Shown here: in pieces, positions 24,445 through 37,681 of the stretch
How the letters are laid out: each line of letters opens with the position of its first letter
Position numbering within the stretch: the first letter of the stretch is position 1
Assembly: GCF_002571385.2 (NCBI RefSeq)
Contig: NW_019217806.1
Location: 280,982-344,981 of the forward strand
Reading direction: 5' to 3'
Length of the DNA stretch: 64,000 bases
Source of the DNA: Stylophora pistillata
Lineage: Eukaryota
Notes under the pieces: model-generated
The model's database searches: none
Seen by the model: the letters and a program-made list of their open reading frames with translations, nothing else
What the model was told of the DNA's origin: nothing
Translations under genes and position numbers: made by a program

Positions 24445-27400
24445 CATTAATACATTTGTTCTACACGTCAAGTTGACCGAATTTACATTTTCCGTCGGTG
24501 AATGACCAAGGTTGTTTTGTTTGATGAAGGGGGTGATCCTGGACGAGTTATATAACGGCTTTCAAGAAAAACATTCTACCAGCACAGTCAAGAGGTTAGT
24601 CTTAGTCAGTCCAGATATATCTGTTTTCATTTTTTTCAGTTTACACTGCAGCGGTTTGACCAATGACTTATTTTTCACAGACGACTCCGAAATTTACTTG
24701 GATTACGAAATTGTCTTTATCTCAATGAAAAGCGTCTAAGGTGTTACCTAATTCTGTATAATTTTTGTTGGAATTGTACATCATGGAAACTTTCTACATT
24801 GTTTCCAGTGAGTCGCTCTTCTTAGAGGTTTTATTGTTCAAAGAGTCATTTTAGCAGAACTCGACCAGGTCATTTACGTGTAGATCGCAGAACCATTTTT
24901 TAGCAGCATGCACTGCGTACAATACGACCAAACTCGCACGTACATGGAGAGGATGTTGTGGTTCGGCAGTATTGTGCGCTACGGTGATTCTAGCGTTCTG
25001 ATAAATGAACGTTTAAACTCGTGCGTGCACCTGCGATACGCTGCAGAATGAATTTTGATGTCTGTGAAGTAAAACGTGTGAGGACCACAAGAGACCGGAA
25101 AGAGGGAAAAAGCTCTTTGTCTTCAAAATTTTACATATGCCCTCGTAACCTCGCTTCTTGGCCAAATATTCATACCATGGACAATCTCTCAGCCGCGAAC
25201 ATTACCAGCCGACATACCAGCCGCCTGAAGAGCTTTTTTATTTCACTAACTAGACACGTATTAACCAAAGCACGATGTCTTGATGCATTACCAAACTCTC
25301 CCAACTCATTGATTTGTATATCAACACGAGCAAAGATTCACAGATCAGATTTTAAGAGTTATTTCATGCATTGGACCAATCGGGTCTTAACCGAGTACAT
25401 ATTGGACGAATGTGTTCATTTTTCTTAATGGAAACGAACTTGTATTAATAAAAGAAAAGTTCTCCTAAAATTGTAGTTTCTTTCAAGCTGAACTATTTTT
25501 ACCGTGGGTACTTGATTGCCGTGCAATCTTATATCATTAGGAAAACGTTTGATGCACTCTGTATCCGTTGGAAATTCGTGTATGTCTTTTTGTGGTTACT
25601 TTACAAAAATTCCGCGTTGGAACAGAGTCATAAGGGTGTTTTAGCTGATGTTTTTCTCGTTTCATGCGCGACTAAGTTTAGACATCTTTTATCTTGATTT
25701 AGAGAATGAATAAGGTTAAATTTCGTCGTTACAAGTAATCTAATCCTTTTCTGCGTCGATATAAGGCTATTAAGCGATTTTGAACATTGGAGGAGGCTCG
25801 CCCAGGAAGCTTAGAAAAAATTGTGTTCCCATCAGCTGATTATGACGTTCGTTTGGCACCTCTTAAGTTTAACAGGAAGCAGTTGACAAGTTAGAAGAGA
25901 AAGTGGGTGGACTGGGGAAGAATAGGAGTAGCTCTAACACGCACAAACTTTGAAAATGCGACTGATAAACAGAAATACATCCTCTGAAAGTTGATAGTGA
26001 CTCTAAATCGTGACATAAACGATTGAACTTTCATTTATCATCATTACTACGGTGAACAAATACATCTTTTAGAAATTGAGGGCACCCTTTGGTGACAACG
26101 TTAAACAGCGTTCAGTTCCCCTTAGAACAATCAGCGAATAATTTAAAGGAGCAGTATGATTAAAGAAATAACTTTGTCGCAGTTTAAAAGGAAAACTCAA
26201 TGACTCATCATGATTTGATAAATATATCCACGGCTGGCTTGAACTCATAAAAAAAAACTTGCTCAATTTGCTAAGGACCTGTGTTACATCCACGCAAGAT
26301 CGACTGGTGAGTTTCCAAAAGGACGAACTGTACCATTTCGCGCACATCAGCGCCTCTAAGCCGGAAACATTAGTCACCTCAAAAAGTAAGGTTCACCAAT
26401 ATTAGTCGGATTGGTGTGATACGATTTGATAGACATGTGCCAGTTTGAGTCTGAACGCTGATCGTAGGGGGGCCGTTCACTAAAGGCCATTATAAACACG
26501 AGTATTCTATCAACAAAATGCTGGGCCGCCAGGTCAACTGATACACAAAGTCTTTGTCTACATTAAGACACCCATGCTGTTAAGTCCATCACTTGTTTCA
26601 TTGTCCATGTGGTACTCGATCTCCATTTTCAAACTTTTCTTTGAAACGGATACGATGAACAAAACCCTTCGTTACGGAAACATCGAGTAAATAAGTTGGC
26701 GTGGACATTTCACAAGTTAACTGTAACTTTCCAAACCAAACTGGTTTTTAATTTGTAAGGCGGTAAACTAATTATGCATCTTGTTTTCAAGGTTTCAGAA
26801 GCTTACTTCTTGCACTTTTATATATTTCTGACAAACTTCTGCAATGTGCGTGTTAACTAATAACTTATCACGAGCCTTTCAGTTGCGGTTGCGGAAATGA
26901 AGTAAGACAAAAACATGCACGTGGCAGCCTTCCTGAATGAAATATCTCTTATGTTTTTAAATGCTCGAGTGTCGTCATTATCGTACACCAAAGGAGAAAA
27001 AGGAGACCATCATGTTTTAAAATGAAGTCTCCGTAAAAAGTTTCAGTATAGATATCAAATGGCCTTCTCTCTCTGCAGGTCCTCCCTGACATGTTCGATT
27101 CACACATCGCTCCCCCAAAAATATACGTTGTTTGAATATAATGACTTGGACTTGAATATAAAATTTTCATAACAAAATTGCTGCATTTGGCCTTGCTTGA
27201 TCATGAGAAGTTTTCTTAAATAAATATAATATATTTCTCATGATCATTTGGATCAAAGATAACTTAAAAACAAACTTGTTATCAGATTAAGACATTAACT
27301 TACAACTCTCACAAATGGATTTGTGTGCAGTGTTCAAAGTGTGTTTTAATCGCGTGTAAACCTGTTTTTTTCACTGTGAGATCCCCTTTTCAGTAATTCT

Positions 27401-28061
27401 GTTCAATTACGAAAGTCTCTGTAAGCGGGGGTTTGTGTCCAGCAGGCGACTCGAGGAAGCTATACTGCATTCAACACGTTAACTGAGTGGTTTAACAATT
27501 AAGTTATTCAATTTAATTTTTATCGCGATAGTGGGTTCTTAAAGCGCTTAACTGTGCACTTCTTCCGCGACTTAAGTGCATAAACTGAAGTTAACTTGTT
27601 CATTTATCTTTAGATATAAAAAGATACAAAAATTTATTGATACATTTTTAAATAAGAAAAATAGGCATCGTCGTCAAAGAGTTTATCTAAAACATTTCTT
27701 CAGGCTATATTGATTTTTCGACCATGTTCCTTCATAATTTGAGACTCTATAACTGCGATTAAAGAGTTTGATTTATTCGCTTCGCCAACAGACAGGTGGT
27801 GAGTCTTACCAGGCTAAATAATCAAAATATTGTTCGTGTGCTGTTTCTCTCTTTTTTTTAAAAGCATGCAGCTTCGCGCGGCCACGTGCGCGTGCCAATA
27901 AAAGACAATGCAATGGCTTCCTTAGACGCGCCACCAACAGGCGTTAAATCCACAAAACAGTACTGGGCTGAAACAACGGAAAAACTATGTTGAATTGTAC
28001 GAAACTGATAGCGGATTCCACGTCACTTCCACATCCTATGTGGGGGCTGGGCCGGGGTCTT

Positions 28062-28177
28062 TATAAATTTCTGACGGTTATCACTTCAAGTCACTGAAAA
28101 ACAAACACTGATCCGGTAAGGCCAGATCGGAGTTATCAACGGGTCAATCAAGTAAATTTTACCTTAAAAAACCCAAG
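28062..28177 (+). promoter_or_regulatory. TATA box and candidate non-coding exon 1 of cationic peptide gene A
   Basis: TATAAA at 28062-28067 after a GC-rich stretch. Donors CCG|GTAAGG (28115) and AAG|GTAACT (28177). The next strong acceptor is ttttcctttctag at 30368, upstream of the ATG at 30444. Confidence 0.5.
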
Positions 28178-30443
28178 GTAACTGAATTTTATTTTTGTCT
28201 CTATTTTCTTATAGTGTTGTGATACATGTTATGCTAAAGCTGTGCCTTGAAGAAAAATGTTCGTCAAATTCAGTTTCGATTATCACTTTGGATCAAGCAA
28301 GAAGACTATTAGTTTAAGGTTTGCAATCAATACAAAAGACTGTTTGTAAGATAGATTTATTTCTGTAAATTTTTCACGAGATTTACGCTCAGAAAAACCC
28401 TATCATGTAAGTAGCACATTGCTTAAAAAAACGAACAAATATCTTATGCTATAAGAAGGCTGGACTGCTTGTGTTATACGAGTTGATTTCACTTTGCTCA
28501 CCATATTCCACTAACATAAAGTTGGAATGTTTTTTATCCACACTTTCTTATTTGAAAAATAGGGTTTCAATGAATTAAAAAATTATCATGAGTTCTTTGT
28601 GTTACAAGTTACTCAATATTAACAAAAGAAAATACTGTTATATTGGATTTCGTGATCTCCACATTCATATTTAGTCGCGCTATGTAGGAAATGGTGGTAC
28701 AAAACACAGGATGGATCGTATCAATAGCATCCTGTTAGGTTTGCTGGTTTACTAACTTGTAAAATTAATTAATTGATTTAGTTTCTTGCATGAGTAACTG
28801 TACGCTTGAATAGAGTGGATTAGAGTTTGCTAAAGACAATGAACAAAATAGTTTATGAGAAATTAAAGGATAAGAAAGCCCGTTTATTGAGCTTTAAATC
28901 CGGTTTTGTCGAATTAGCCCCTGCATGATTTCATTTTGAAATGATCTACGTAGGAGTTAAAACTGAACAGCTAGTGTTAGTTTGAAAAATGAAATGATTT
29001 GATCATTTGCATGCTAATTCCAACGGCTTCATCACAAGAAAATTCAAACAAGTAGACGAAATACATTTGCCACAGGATGAACATTGAAACTACCCGTTAA
29101 CTTTCCTTTCACAAAATCATAAATTTTTGGAAAGAGTTTCTTGGGCATTTTGTGTACTAAAAATATGCTCCTTCTCCGCTTATTTCTGAGCTTCTCGTAC
29201 TTAAGGTCAGTTAGAATCGAGAGAAAATTTTGAAAGTTCAGAGAATTAATCAACCATGAGGCCTTATCATGGGGTTGTTTTTAGTTCATCTGTGCTCACG
29301 AAGATCACGGAAGACTCGAAAATAACCAGTCCTGTGATGCGAATTTCGCCAACGCAAACATTCCATGCGGTATATTTTTATTCTGTTGTCTGCGTATATA
29401 TCCTGCAGCGCACGATCTACATGTAACATATTCCGAGAGTTTCAGAATACCACCTGACACTTCTTTTATCTCCTCGCACTGTAATTATCTAACAGATACT
29501 ATCGGGAATCGAAGCAGAGTCACGGATGAAATTTGTATCATTACGCTGGGGCATTCATATCATATCCATTGATCCTATATTTATACATATGATTGCGAGA
29601 ATACTTAGGTTTTCAAATTAATCAGCTGAGAGGTAGGTTAGAGTGCATATTCTTTCCTCCTCAAAACTTCATCCTCAAAGAGTAATCTAAAAATAGCGAT
29701 TGTTGCGTCGTAAATGATCTTCACGTAGACATCACATGTGGGATCTGTCTTGTTCTCCATCAGAGTAAGCAGGAAAATAAAAGGGTGGGAAGAACGCGAA
29801 AAAAGTCAGGCTGAAAATTTTCCAAGTTTATGCAGCTGCAAGTTTGTCTTCGCCTGATCTTATATCATGTCCCATCCATGTCCCCTCTTTTAGCCCCAAT
29901 TTTTTTTGATTAGCAGTTTTAACCGGTTTCTCTGAAATATACACACGGATATTCTTCGTTTTTACATTTTCTTCAATTCACTAACTTTGTGGAACTATCT
30001 TGATAACCAAACCTGTAGTACAGACTGTTTCGACAAAAACTTTGAAATAAGATTAATTTCTGTTGGATATTTCAGACTTTCAATTTTATTGTATATATTT
30101 ATACGCTGATTATTTCGTGACCTCCTCGCAAAAAGTTTTGCTTGTATAATTGAACCTTGTAAGGAACAAAATGTAACAGTATTTTTCATTATCTGAGGGC
30201 TGTTACGTCATCAGTTCTTATCCCAATATCAGCTTTGTAGATGGCTCAACTATAATTTATTTAGTAATCGTTTAAACTTAACTTTTCATGGACATGCCTC
30301 TCATTCTGCTTAACATCTCTGCATTTGATTATCATCATCATCGTTATCATTATTGTTTTCCTTTCTAGCGACTCTGTGTTGGCTAAATCAATAAATTGCG
30401 CTCCACAATCTAAACTGAGTAAACGTTTACAACAACACCTGAG

Positions 30444-31694
30444 ATGAACCGACAGCTACTCTCTATTTTAGCAATAATAACTTTCCTCACGATAGCTGAC
30501 CTTAGCAGCAGAACTGGTTGTGAAGCGAATCAACGACGTAGAAGGTTCACGTGGCACCGAAGGCGTTTGATCACACATCGACCGACGAAGTCTGCATGGA
30601 ATAAAAATGGCCAGGTGAACATGAATTCACAAAAGCCAGCACAAAATGATGATGACACAATAGAAACACAAGATTTTGATAATGAAGAACAGGTTGGAAA
30701 ATTCTACGAGGAAATGTTCGGAAGTGGTAAGATGCATCGTTTTTCTCTAACTAATAGGATCACAATTTTAAAAAGCTTCAATTTAAATCTTCAGTTTTCA
30801 AGATGTGACTCAATTCGTTATTAAAATTTATATCAAAATCCTGCTTGCTGGATAACGTATTGAGAGGTTACATGTTTATCCTCTGTGTTAGTTAGATAGT
30901 TAAGCAAAGAGGTTTCATTCATTTTTCACAAACTTAGTGGAAAAAAAAGCCTTTACATTGAGCTTCGTGCTGTCTTAACGAAATAAACTTTCAAACAGCA
31001 CAGCACAGATAAAAATCACATGGAAAACTCTGGAAAACCAGTCTACATTGATCTTAGTTTTAATAATAAAAATAATAATATAGATCAATTTCTATAGCGC
31101 ATTTCCATGTAAATGCTTTAATGCGCTTTACAACACTGTGCGGGGGACTTTTCTAGACTGCCGGCGGCAGTTTACAATATATAAAGAAGAAATTTTTTTC
31201 AGATGCCCCCTCCCCCCATTCCCAGTAACCAGGCCAGACCACATCACAGTAATCTCGTGCTGTGGGTACTTTAACGTCCCCTGCCGAAATTAACTAATTG
31301 ATAGATGCAGGAGATGGGACCTCCGGCTCTACGTCCTATCTGAGAAGACGAAGCAATGTGAGTGAAACGTCTTGCTTAAAGGACACAACGTGAAGCCCGA
31401 GCCAGGACTTGAACCCGGGCCATCTGACCAAGAGTCCAGCGCACTGAACACTGGACTACTCACGCCTCAGTTTTGCATCTGATTGGTCGAGAAGTTGGCA
31501 CTTATTTTCTGGACCAATCACAGAGAGCAGGGAAACAGACCACTGCAGTTTAGGATTTCTCTTAGCAGTCAATTGAAAATGCCACTTTACGACGCACGTG
31601 TGGGTAATGTTAACTTGTCCAGTCGCTTCTCTACTAACTATAATATTTTTTTCAATTTTTTACAGGTGATATGCGTTACCCACATGAACCTTGA
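30444..31694 (+). CDS. Small secreted Arg-rich peptide precursor A, 103 aa (coding exons 30444-30726 and 31666-31694)
   Basis: Signal peptide MNRQLLSILAIITFLTIADLSSRTGCEA, then NQRRRRFTWHRRRLITHRPTKSAW, then an acidic region (NDDDTIETQDFDNEEQ). Phase-1 donor G|GTAAG at 30726 and acceptor ttttttacag at 31665 give ...FYEEMFGSGDMRYPHEP*. Confidence 0.8.
31061..31468 (-). mobile_element. tRNA-derived SINE in the last intron of gene A
   Basis: Minus-strand A box (TAGTCCAGTG) and B box GGTTCAAGTCC (31405-31415), then GTTGTGTCCTTTAAGCAAGAC, the shared body and a (TAA)n tail. Possible AGTTTT TSD. Confidence 0.85.
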
Positions 31695-34600
31695 TTTTTA
31701 CGAAGACTAGAGATGTTAAATGGAGTCGATAAAAATATAGTTTTGTAAATGTTTTAAATTCATTATATTAATTTATAGAAAGGAAATTGTATTATTTAAC
31801 TGATTTATTAAAGAGGATTATTGGTGCGTCTTGAAACATTACACGAATCATCACCTGCAATCTTCGTAGGTCTCCGTTGTCTCTAAAGTATTATTGTCAC
31901 ATCCCATTCTTGGAAAATTCAGTGATTTACGAGAGTGATTGCTTTTTTTTCTCAAGAAAACTATGAGACTACAACCGAAAATAGTACACGTACAGACTTT
32001 TCCATATATAACTCACTGAAAAACCAGCATACATTCAGTTACGTATTTTTTACACTGATGAGACTGAAAGTTACAAACCTTTTCTGGGTGATCCTACAAA
32101 ATACAGATTGACTGAATAAACTAATCAACAGATCAGTTATTAGCAGCTATTACGCAATGCACATTGGAAAATTTCTACCATGCAAAATGTTTAATCAGTC
32201 ATTTAAGTCTCTCATAAAAAAAGTGTATTTCTGGAAAGAAAATGTTTTAAACTATTACGATAGTTTTACTTCATGCAACTTTTAAAAGTATATAAGTGTA
32301 CAACTGTAATATAATGAAGACAGAAGACGTGAAACAGTGCTGAATTTGGCATGGTTCTGTGCTTCTCCATCTCTAAGACATTAAAACTGAATATCAAACG
32401 GAAAGGAAGATGATTGAAAGGTAAGCAGTTGAATAAAAACGCCAGTAACAGTTTGAACAGAATTTAAACTCACTTTTGTAGATTCAAAATAATTAGAAAA
32501 TAAAAAGAAAAGACTTGATACATGAAAATTAGATGTCAGCGTTTGAGTAAAAGAATTTTTTCCAGCGCACTTTTGCAATATTCAAAATTTCTTTGACAAT
32601 GATGTCGTTTTTAGTTTAGTTTAGTTTTGTTTTTCCTTTAATAGTGCACTTCTTAACACTACGACACTTTTCTTAAGCCTTAAGAATTTGATTAAGTTTC
32701 TAACTGACCGTTAAACCACTGTTGTTAATCTAGAAACAGAAAGAGATCCATGCATGCAGAGCGAAAACATAAATTAGAATAACAGGGATAATTTCAAATT
32801 GCAGTTGAAGAGGTCAAAACATGATAAAACTGGCAATTTCCACGCTGCTGTGCTTTATTGTTTCCCAATACGCTCTTATCAAAACTCTTCTCAAATCCTT
32901 TTATATACATTTCGTTTAACTTAAAAGTTTCCCTTACAGACGATTAAACTACCATCGATGATACATTTCGAGTACGAGAATATTTTGTCGCAGAGTGCTG
33001 TTGAATGGCTAAGTATGTTGTTCACAGTTGTTGATGCTGCCAACAGAGTGTTTTACATTCACACAGTTGTCCAACACGTAACCGAGTAAGTTAATATGAT
33101 TATTACTTACCTTCGTGGGGGTAGAATATCGTTTATGTCATGAGCCGTGCTCAAGCGAGATAAAGTTTTAGCAAAAGGAAACGGAGTTCGTTGCATTTAC
33201 CAAGATCTAGACCACTCTATGTCTTCATGAAATAACATGTATTCGCCAGACACAAAGAAACGTCCAATTACAGGATATTTACCCGAACGTTTTGACGTAG
33301 GTTATAAAATTTTTATTGTAATGATAAGGCCCTGGCTTTTGTGATAAAATTTAGCGCTTAGCAGGATGTCAGAGTATTCTTAGACATCTACTAAAACCTG
33401 GCGAAATTTTTTACTGAATAGCTTCTCTTAATCCCTTTTCTAGTTTAAATTTTATGTGATCGAATCTGGCAAGATAACAGCTCTGCCCGCTTAACGTAAG
33501 ATGTTTAATTCTTTTTCCTAAAATAATAATAATTTGATGATATACTTTGCTAAAATTTCTCGGAACTGAGCAATGAACCTCTCGCGTGCTGGTAGAACCT
33601 ACAAATACGACGACTGTGAAGACGTATGTATTCCGAAGGTTTGTGGGATTGGATCGTGAATTTTATCTGATAATTTACCCTTGGGGATTTGCTGTCTTTA
33701 CGAACTTACCTATCGCGCAGTGGGTTGTCCTTCGAAATAAACCCTTTATTACAAGTGGATTATTCTTTCCCATTCATCGATTTGAATTCGTATCCTGAGT
33801 ACAATGTACCAAGGTATGTGCAAAGAAAGCTATATTTTTCATCATGATTTCTGATGCAGAATCAAATGATAAAAAAATAACCTGTAGTATGCAAAGAAAG
33901 AGAAGAAGATGTATAGAAAGAAGGATAAACAATATAGTAAGCTGTTTGTTATATGATACGTTCTGGATAAATTGCAAACTTCTCCCCACTTCATTGGATG
34001 GAAATAATGATGAGGATGGTGTACACGTCGACTTGTAGAATGATTTTACTGACCCCTCCCTCCGTTTTCAACCCTTATATGGAACACAGAAGTAGGAGCT
34101 CAGGGACTGAGTCATCTAAAATTGAAACGAGGCGTACACAAATACAGTCGACCGCATGCAACGTTTTCCATGAATTGAATTACATGTAGCAGTTGCGACT
34201 AGTAAATATGTTAAGCATTTCAGATTCCTCGCGATTTCGAGAAAATTCCACTTTGTTACTATGCTGTTTGAAATACTTGTGTTAGTCAATAAAATAATTG
34301 ATTTCATTTGAAGTTAGTCTTATTCAAGCCAGAAAACCCACATCTAAAAGGTTATCTCGAGAAGAAATTGCTGTCCTTAACACTTTTCAAGTAAGGACTA
34401 ACTTTTTTCGCGATATTTTGAAGATAGTGTGTACGCTAACTCTGTGAACCTTTTCGGAAAGTGATTTATAATTTGGCGTAATCCATGATGTTATGAACAT
34501 CTTTGATTATACTTCATCGATTAAAAAATCCGTTCGAAAACTGGCTTACCAATTAATATAAATAGAAACTGTGTGCTGAGAAAGAATTGTTACGCGTGCA

Positions 34601-36676
34601 AATGTTTTAAAAACATAATCAAAAAATATCTATAAAACTCAACCAAGAAATATATTCATGTTGTATAATGACATACATATGAATCAACTTATCGAAAGTT
34701 ATCCTTCAAGCAATCCGAGAAAAAAATTTAAGAAATTGCTTCCGAAATTTATGTGCCGATATAATACCGTCAAAAGTTACCTTCGTCACCTTTAAAATGC
34801 CTTTACCATATTACACATACAACTAATTGTTTTCGTGATGTCTCGCACATTTTTTATTATTTTCAAAATCTTGATAAATAGTGACCAATGCGCTTTAGGT
34901 GAATAAAATACATCCAGCTTGTTGATTACTTCTTGTGAAATGCAGTTCTCAGAAGAAAACATAAATCGAGTGGCAGACTAACAAAAATTATTGTGGCATT
35001 CTAATTCACGATTCCAGGCAAATTTTAAGAGTTTTGTGCCTCGTAAAAATGGTCACAAACAATGAGCAGATCTCTCAGTTACATCAGAAAATATTTGTAA
35101 GAAATTCTCAGGGATATGCTTACAGATAAAGCAGTACCTTATGAATACATCTCTTGAATCCACTGTGCAGGGCAAAACCATGTCTTTCTAGTACGTTGTT
35201 TATCAGCAAAGGGTTGCTACCCTCATTTCTTTCGAGCTTCCTTTCTAGGTTTTTAGCTTAAGAGGCAATCACTATAATTGCGAGACACTTTACAGCCTGA
35301 TGTACATAATAAACTTCAGGTCATTTACTTATGTGAAAAATATTGCTGTTTGAAAAGAAGGACAGTTTAAGCTATTTAAAAATACTTAGCTATGAGTGAG
35401 CAAAACTTTAAAAATCCCACTATCAAACGTGTCCGCCACTGAAGAAACTTTTCTCTTTTTGCACTGGGCGTAGCCAGAGATAAGATCACTCAGCAATCTT
35501 TGTACAATTTTTGTTTAAAGACGAAAAGCTATTATTTTCACGTCCGCTACCATTTCATCATTTTAATTTACCTTTTGTTTAACTTTTTCGGCACATTAGT
35601 CGACAAAACAACTTTAGATACAATGTGAGGGTTAGCGTAACTAAACTTTTTAGTAATTCGAAAAATATAAACATTTCTAAGAAGTACAATATCACCTCGA
35701 CTATGTCTAGTCCCAATAAATTTTCACCTTCACGTTAAAAATTTTTTAATCCTATAAGGTCAATTTTGCTATTGATTATCCCCTTTATGTCTCGGCTTTA
35801 AAACTTTTTAGATAATTTATAAGCAAACGTGTACAACGCTTCTCCATCCTATATTGCGAAATTCCATGTTTGAGTTTAAAAACTCCCTTCCTCATACTGA
35901 AGAGGATTTACTGATTAAAGTGCGTCATATTTTTTCATTTCTACACGTAAGTAACAAAAATTGAATTAAATTGATTTCTGCGTACGTATGTGTTATTTTC
36001 ATTTGAACATCACGCAATGCTTTGATGGGTAAGTTAAATAACATAAGGTACTGCTTTAACATCTCCTAGTTATTGATTTTTGAGTTAATAAAAACGAAAT
36101 CAAAAATATATCATCTGATTTTTAAAGCAAGCTTAATGGGAAAATTCCTGGAAGAAAAAAACACAAGCTGAAACACATATCAGGTTTATATCGTTTGAGT
36201 TTTTTGATAATATGTGTTCTGCGTCAAGAAAAAAACTCGACATATTTCAGGAACGAAACTTATGAAAATTGTCCACGCAAACACTTGACCTTGTGTTCCA
36301 TACTTTACAAGGCAAAGTTTGAAGATTTCTTAGGAATTACTGGTACTATTTAGCCTAAAGTGGTAAATTGTAGAAGCTAATACATTAAAATAAATTGAAT
36401 CTAATTTAATTGTGTGTAGCACAAAAAAAAAAAAGCCTCTCAGTTTCGGCGACTCAAAGACAAATTGTTTGGGATTTACGTGCAGTAACTTAAATTAAGA
36501 AAGAACGAAATGGAATGTCATGCCGCATAAAAAGTCTGTTTGATAGCTTAGAAAATAGTATGTGCAAGAAAAAGCTCAAATAGATTTAAATATTAAATCA
36601 AACAAGATGTTTAAACACATGAGAATTTTTAGTGAAATTCTAAAGTTTTACGTTCGCGATGATGTGTAGATTAATG

Positions 36677-36922
36677 AATAAAGGCTGATAGTTTCGAAAG
36701 AAACTGTTTGGAGCTGCGTCGGTGAGGGTAACGAAATAATTTGGATATATCAACAAAGTTGAAATGGTAAATTGGCCACCGTAACGATTACAAAAGCTGA
36801 CGTTTCGAACGTTAGCCCTTCGTCGGAGCGAATGACGAAGGGCTAGCGTTCGAAACGTCAGCTTTTGTAATCGTTACGATGGCCAATTTACCATTTCAAC
36901 TTTGTTGATATATCCAAATTAT
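36677..36922. mobile_element. Palindromic Penelope-like pseudo-LTR pair with hammerhead motif
   Basis: 14-bp TSD TGTGTAGATTAATG at 36663-36676 and 36923-36936. 90-bp inverted arms at 36735-36824 and 36834-36923 with a 9-nt loop. Minus strand has GCT-CCGACGA-AGGGCTAACGTTC-GAAA-CGTC-AGC. Confidence 0.85.
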
Positions 36923-37229
36923 TGTGTAGATTAATGTCTAGATGAAGAACCCCCGCTGTTAAATCATCACTTGCAATCGCGAAAAATCACCCCGCTAGTT
37001 GGTTCTCTATGCCGCTTAAAGGAATCCCTATGATATTCCCATAGTAAGGTTGAAAAAATTGGAAATGAGGATTTAGCTTTGGTGGTTCCTTATTTGTGTT
37101 TTTTCTTTGTAAATACAAAAATTAGACATAAATGATTTCACCAATTTCGGTTTAATAAATAATTTTGCTGCTAAAAAAATTATCTGACGCGGCAAGTTCT
37201 TATCGGAGAAGCTGTTAAAACTTTGAACT

Positions 37230-37362
37230 ATGCGGTGTTTACGCCCGCACAGTAGTTCGAGGGATTGGGCCCCACACCTGACTCACACTCATGATCTTAG
37301 AATGACTGAGGAAAACATGCCACATAGGCATTGCAACTTTATCTGCAAATGGTTACACATTA
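37230..37362 (+). mobile_element. Highly decayed SINE head, similar to the 20.6-kb head
   Basis: acactcatgatcttagaatgactgaggaaaa...tctgcaaatggtta resembles the 20.6-kb head (acactcagggtcttaaaaataactgaggagaa). Confidence 0.45.
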
Positions 37363-37371
37363 TTATATTCT

Positions 37372-37681
37372 GGCCAATAAGGAGATTTTATTACACGACT
37401 CGGGTATTCAGAGGGCCAATAACTAAAATCAACCAATCAAAATGCCCTATTGCCGGTCAATATTCTCTCAGTATTGGACCGGGCACTGTCCCGAATGGTC
37501 CCGAATGATACCGCACTTGTGTCCCTTTGAACTTCAGTCGTACAATAAATCTCTTATTAACCTTTACTGAAAGAATATCGGCCCTCGGTCTTTTTGTACG
37601 GACCTCACTGCGCTCGGTCCGTACTGTCAAGACCTCGGGCCGATATTCTCCCAGTACGGCCCTCGCGCTTGGTTAATAAGA
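37372..37681. mobile_element. Non-autonomous element with inverted repeat plus terminal hairpin
   Basis: IR aataaggagattttattacacgact ... agtcgtacaataaatctcttatt, then hairpin TCTTATTAACC...GGTTAATAAGA (37552-37681). Confidence 0.7.

Noticed and set aside
30727-30824. C-terminal part of the 126-aa ORF (KMHRFSL...), and likewise 51805-51876
   Set aside because: Read-through into introns after consensus donor sites.
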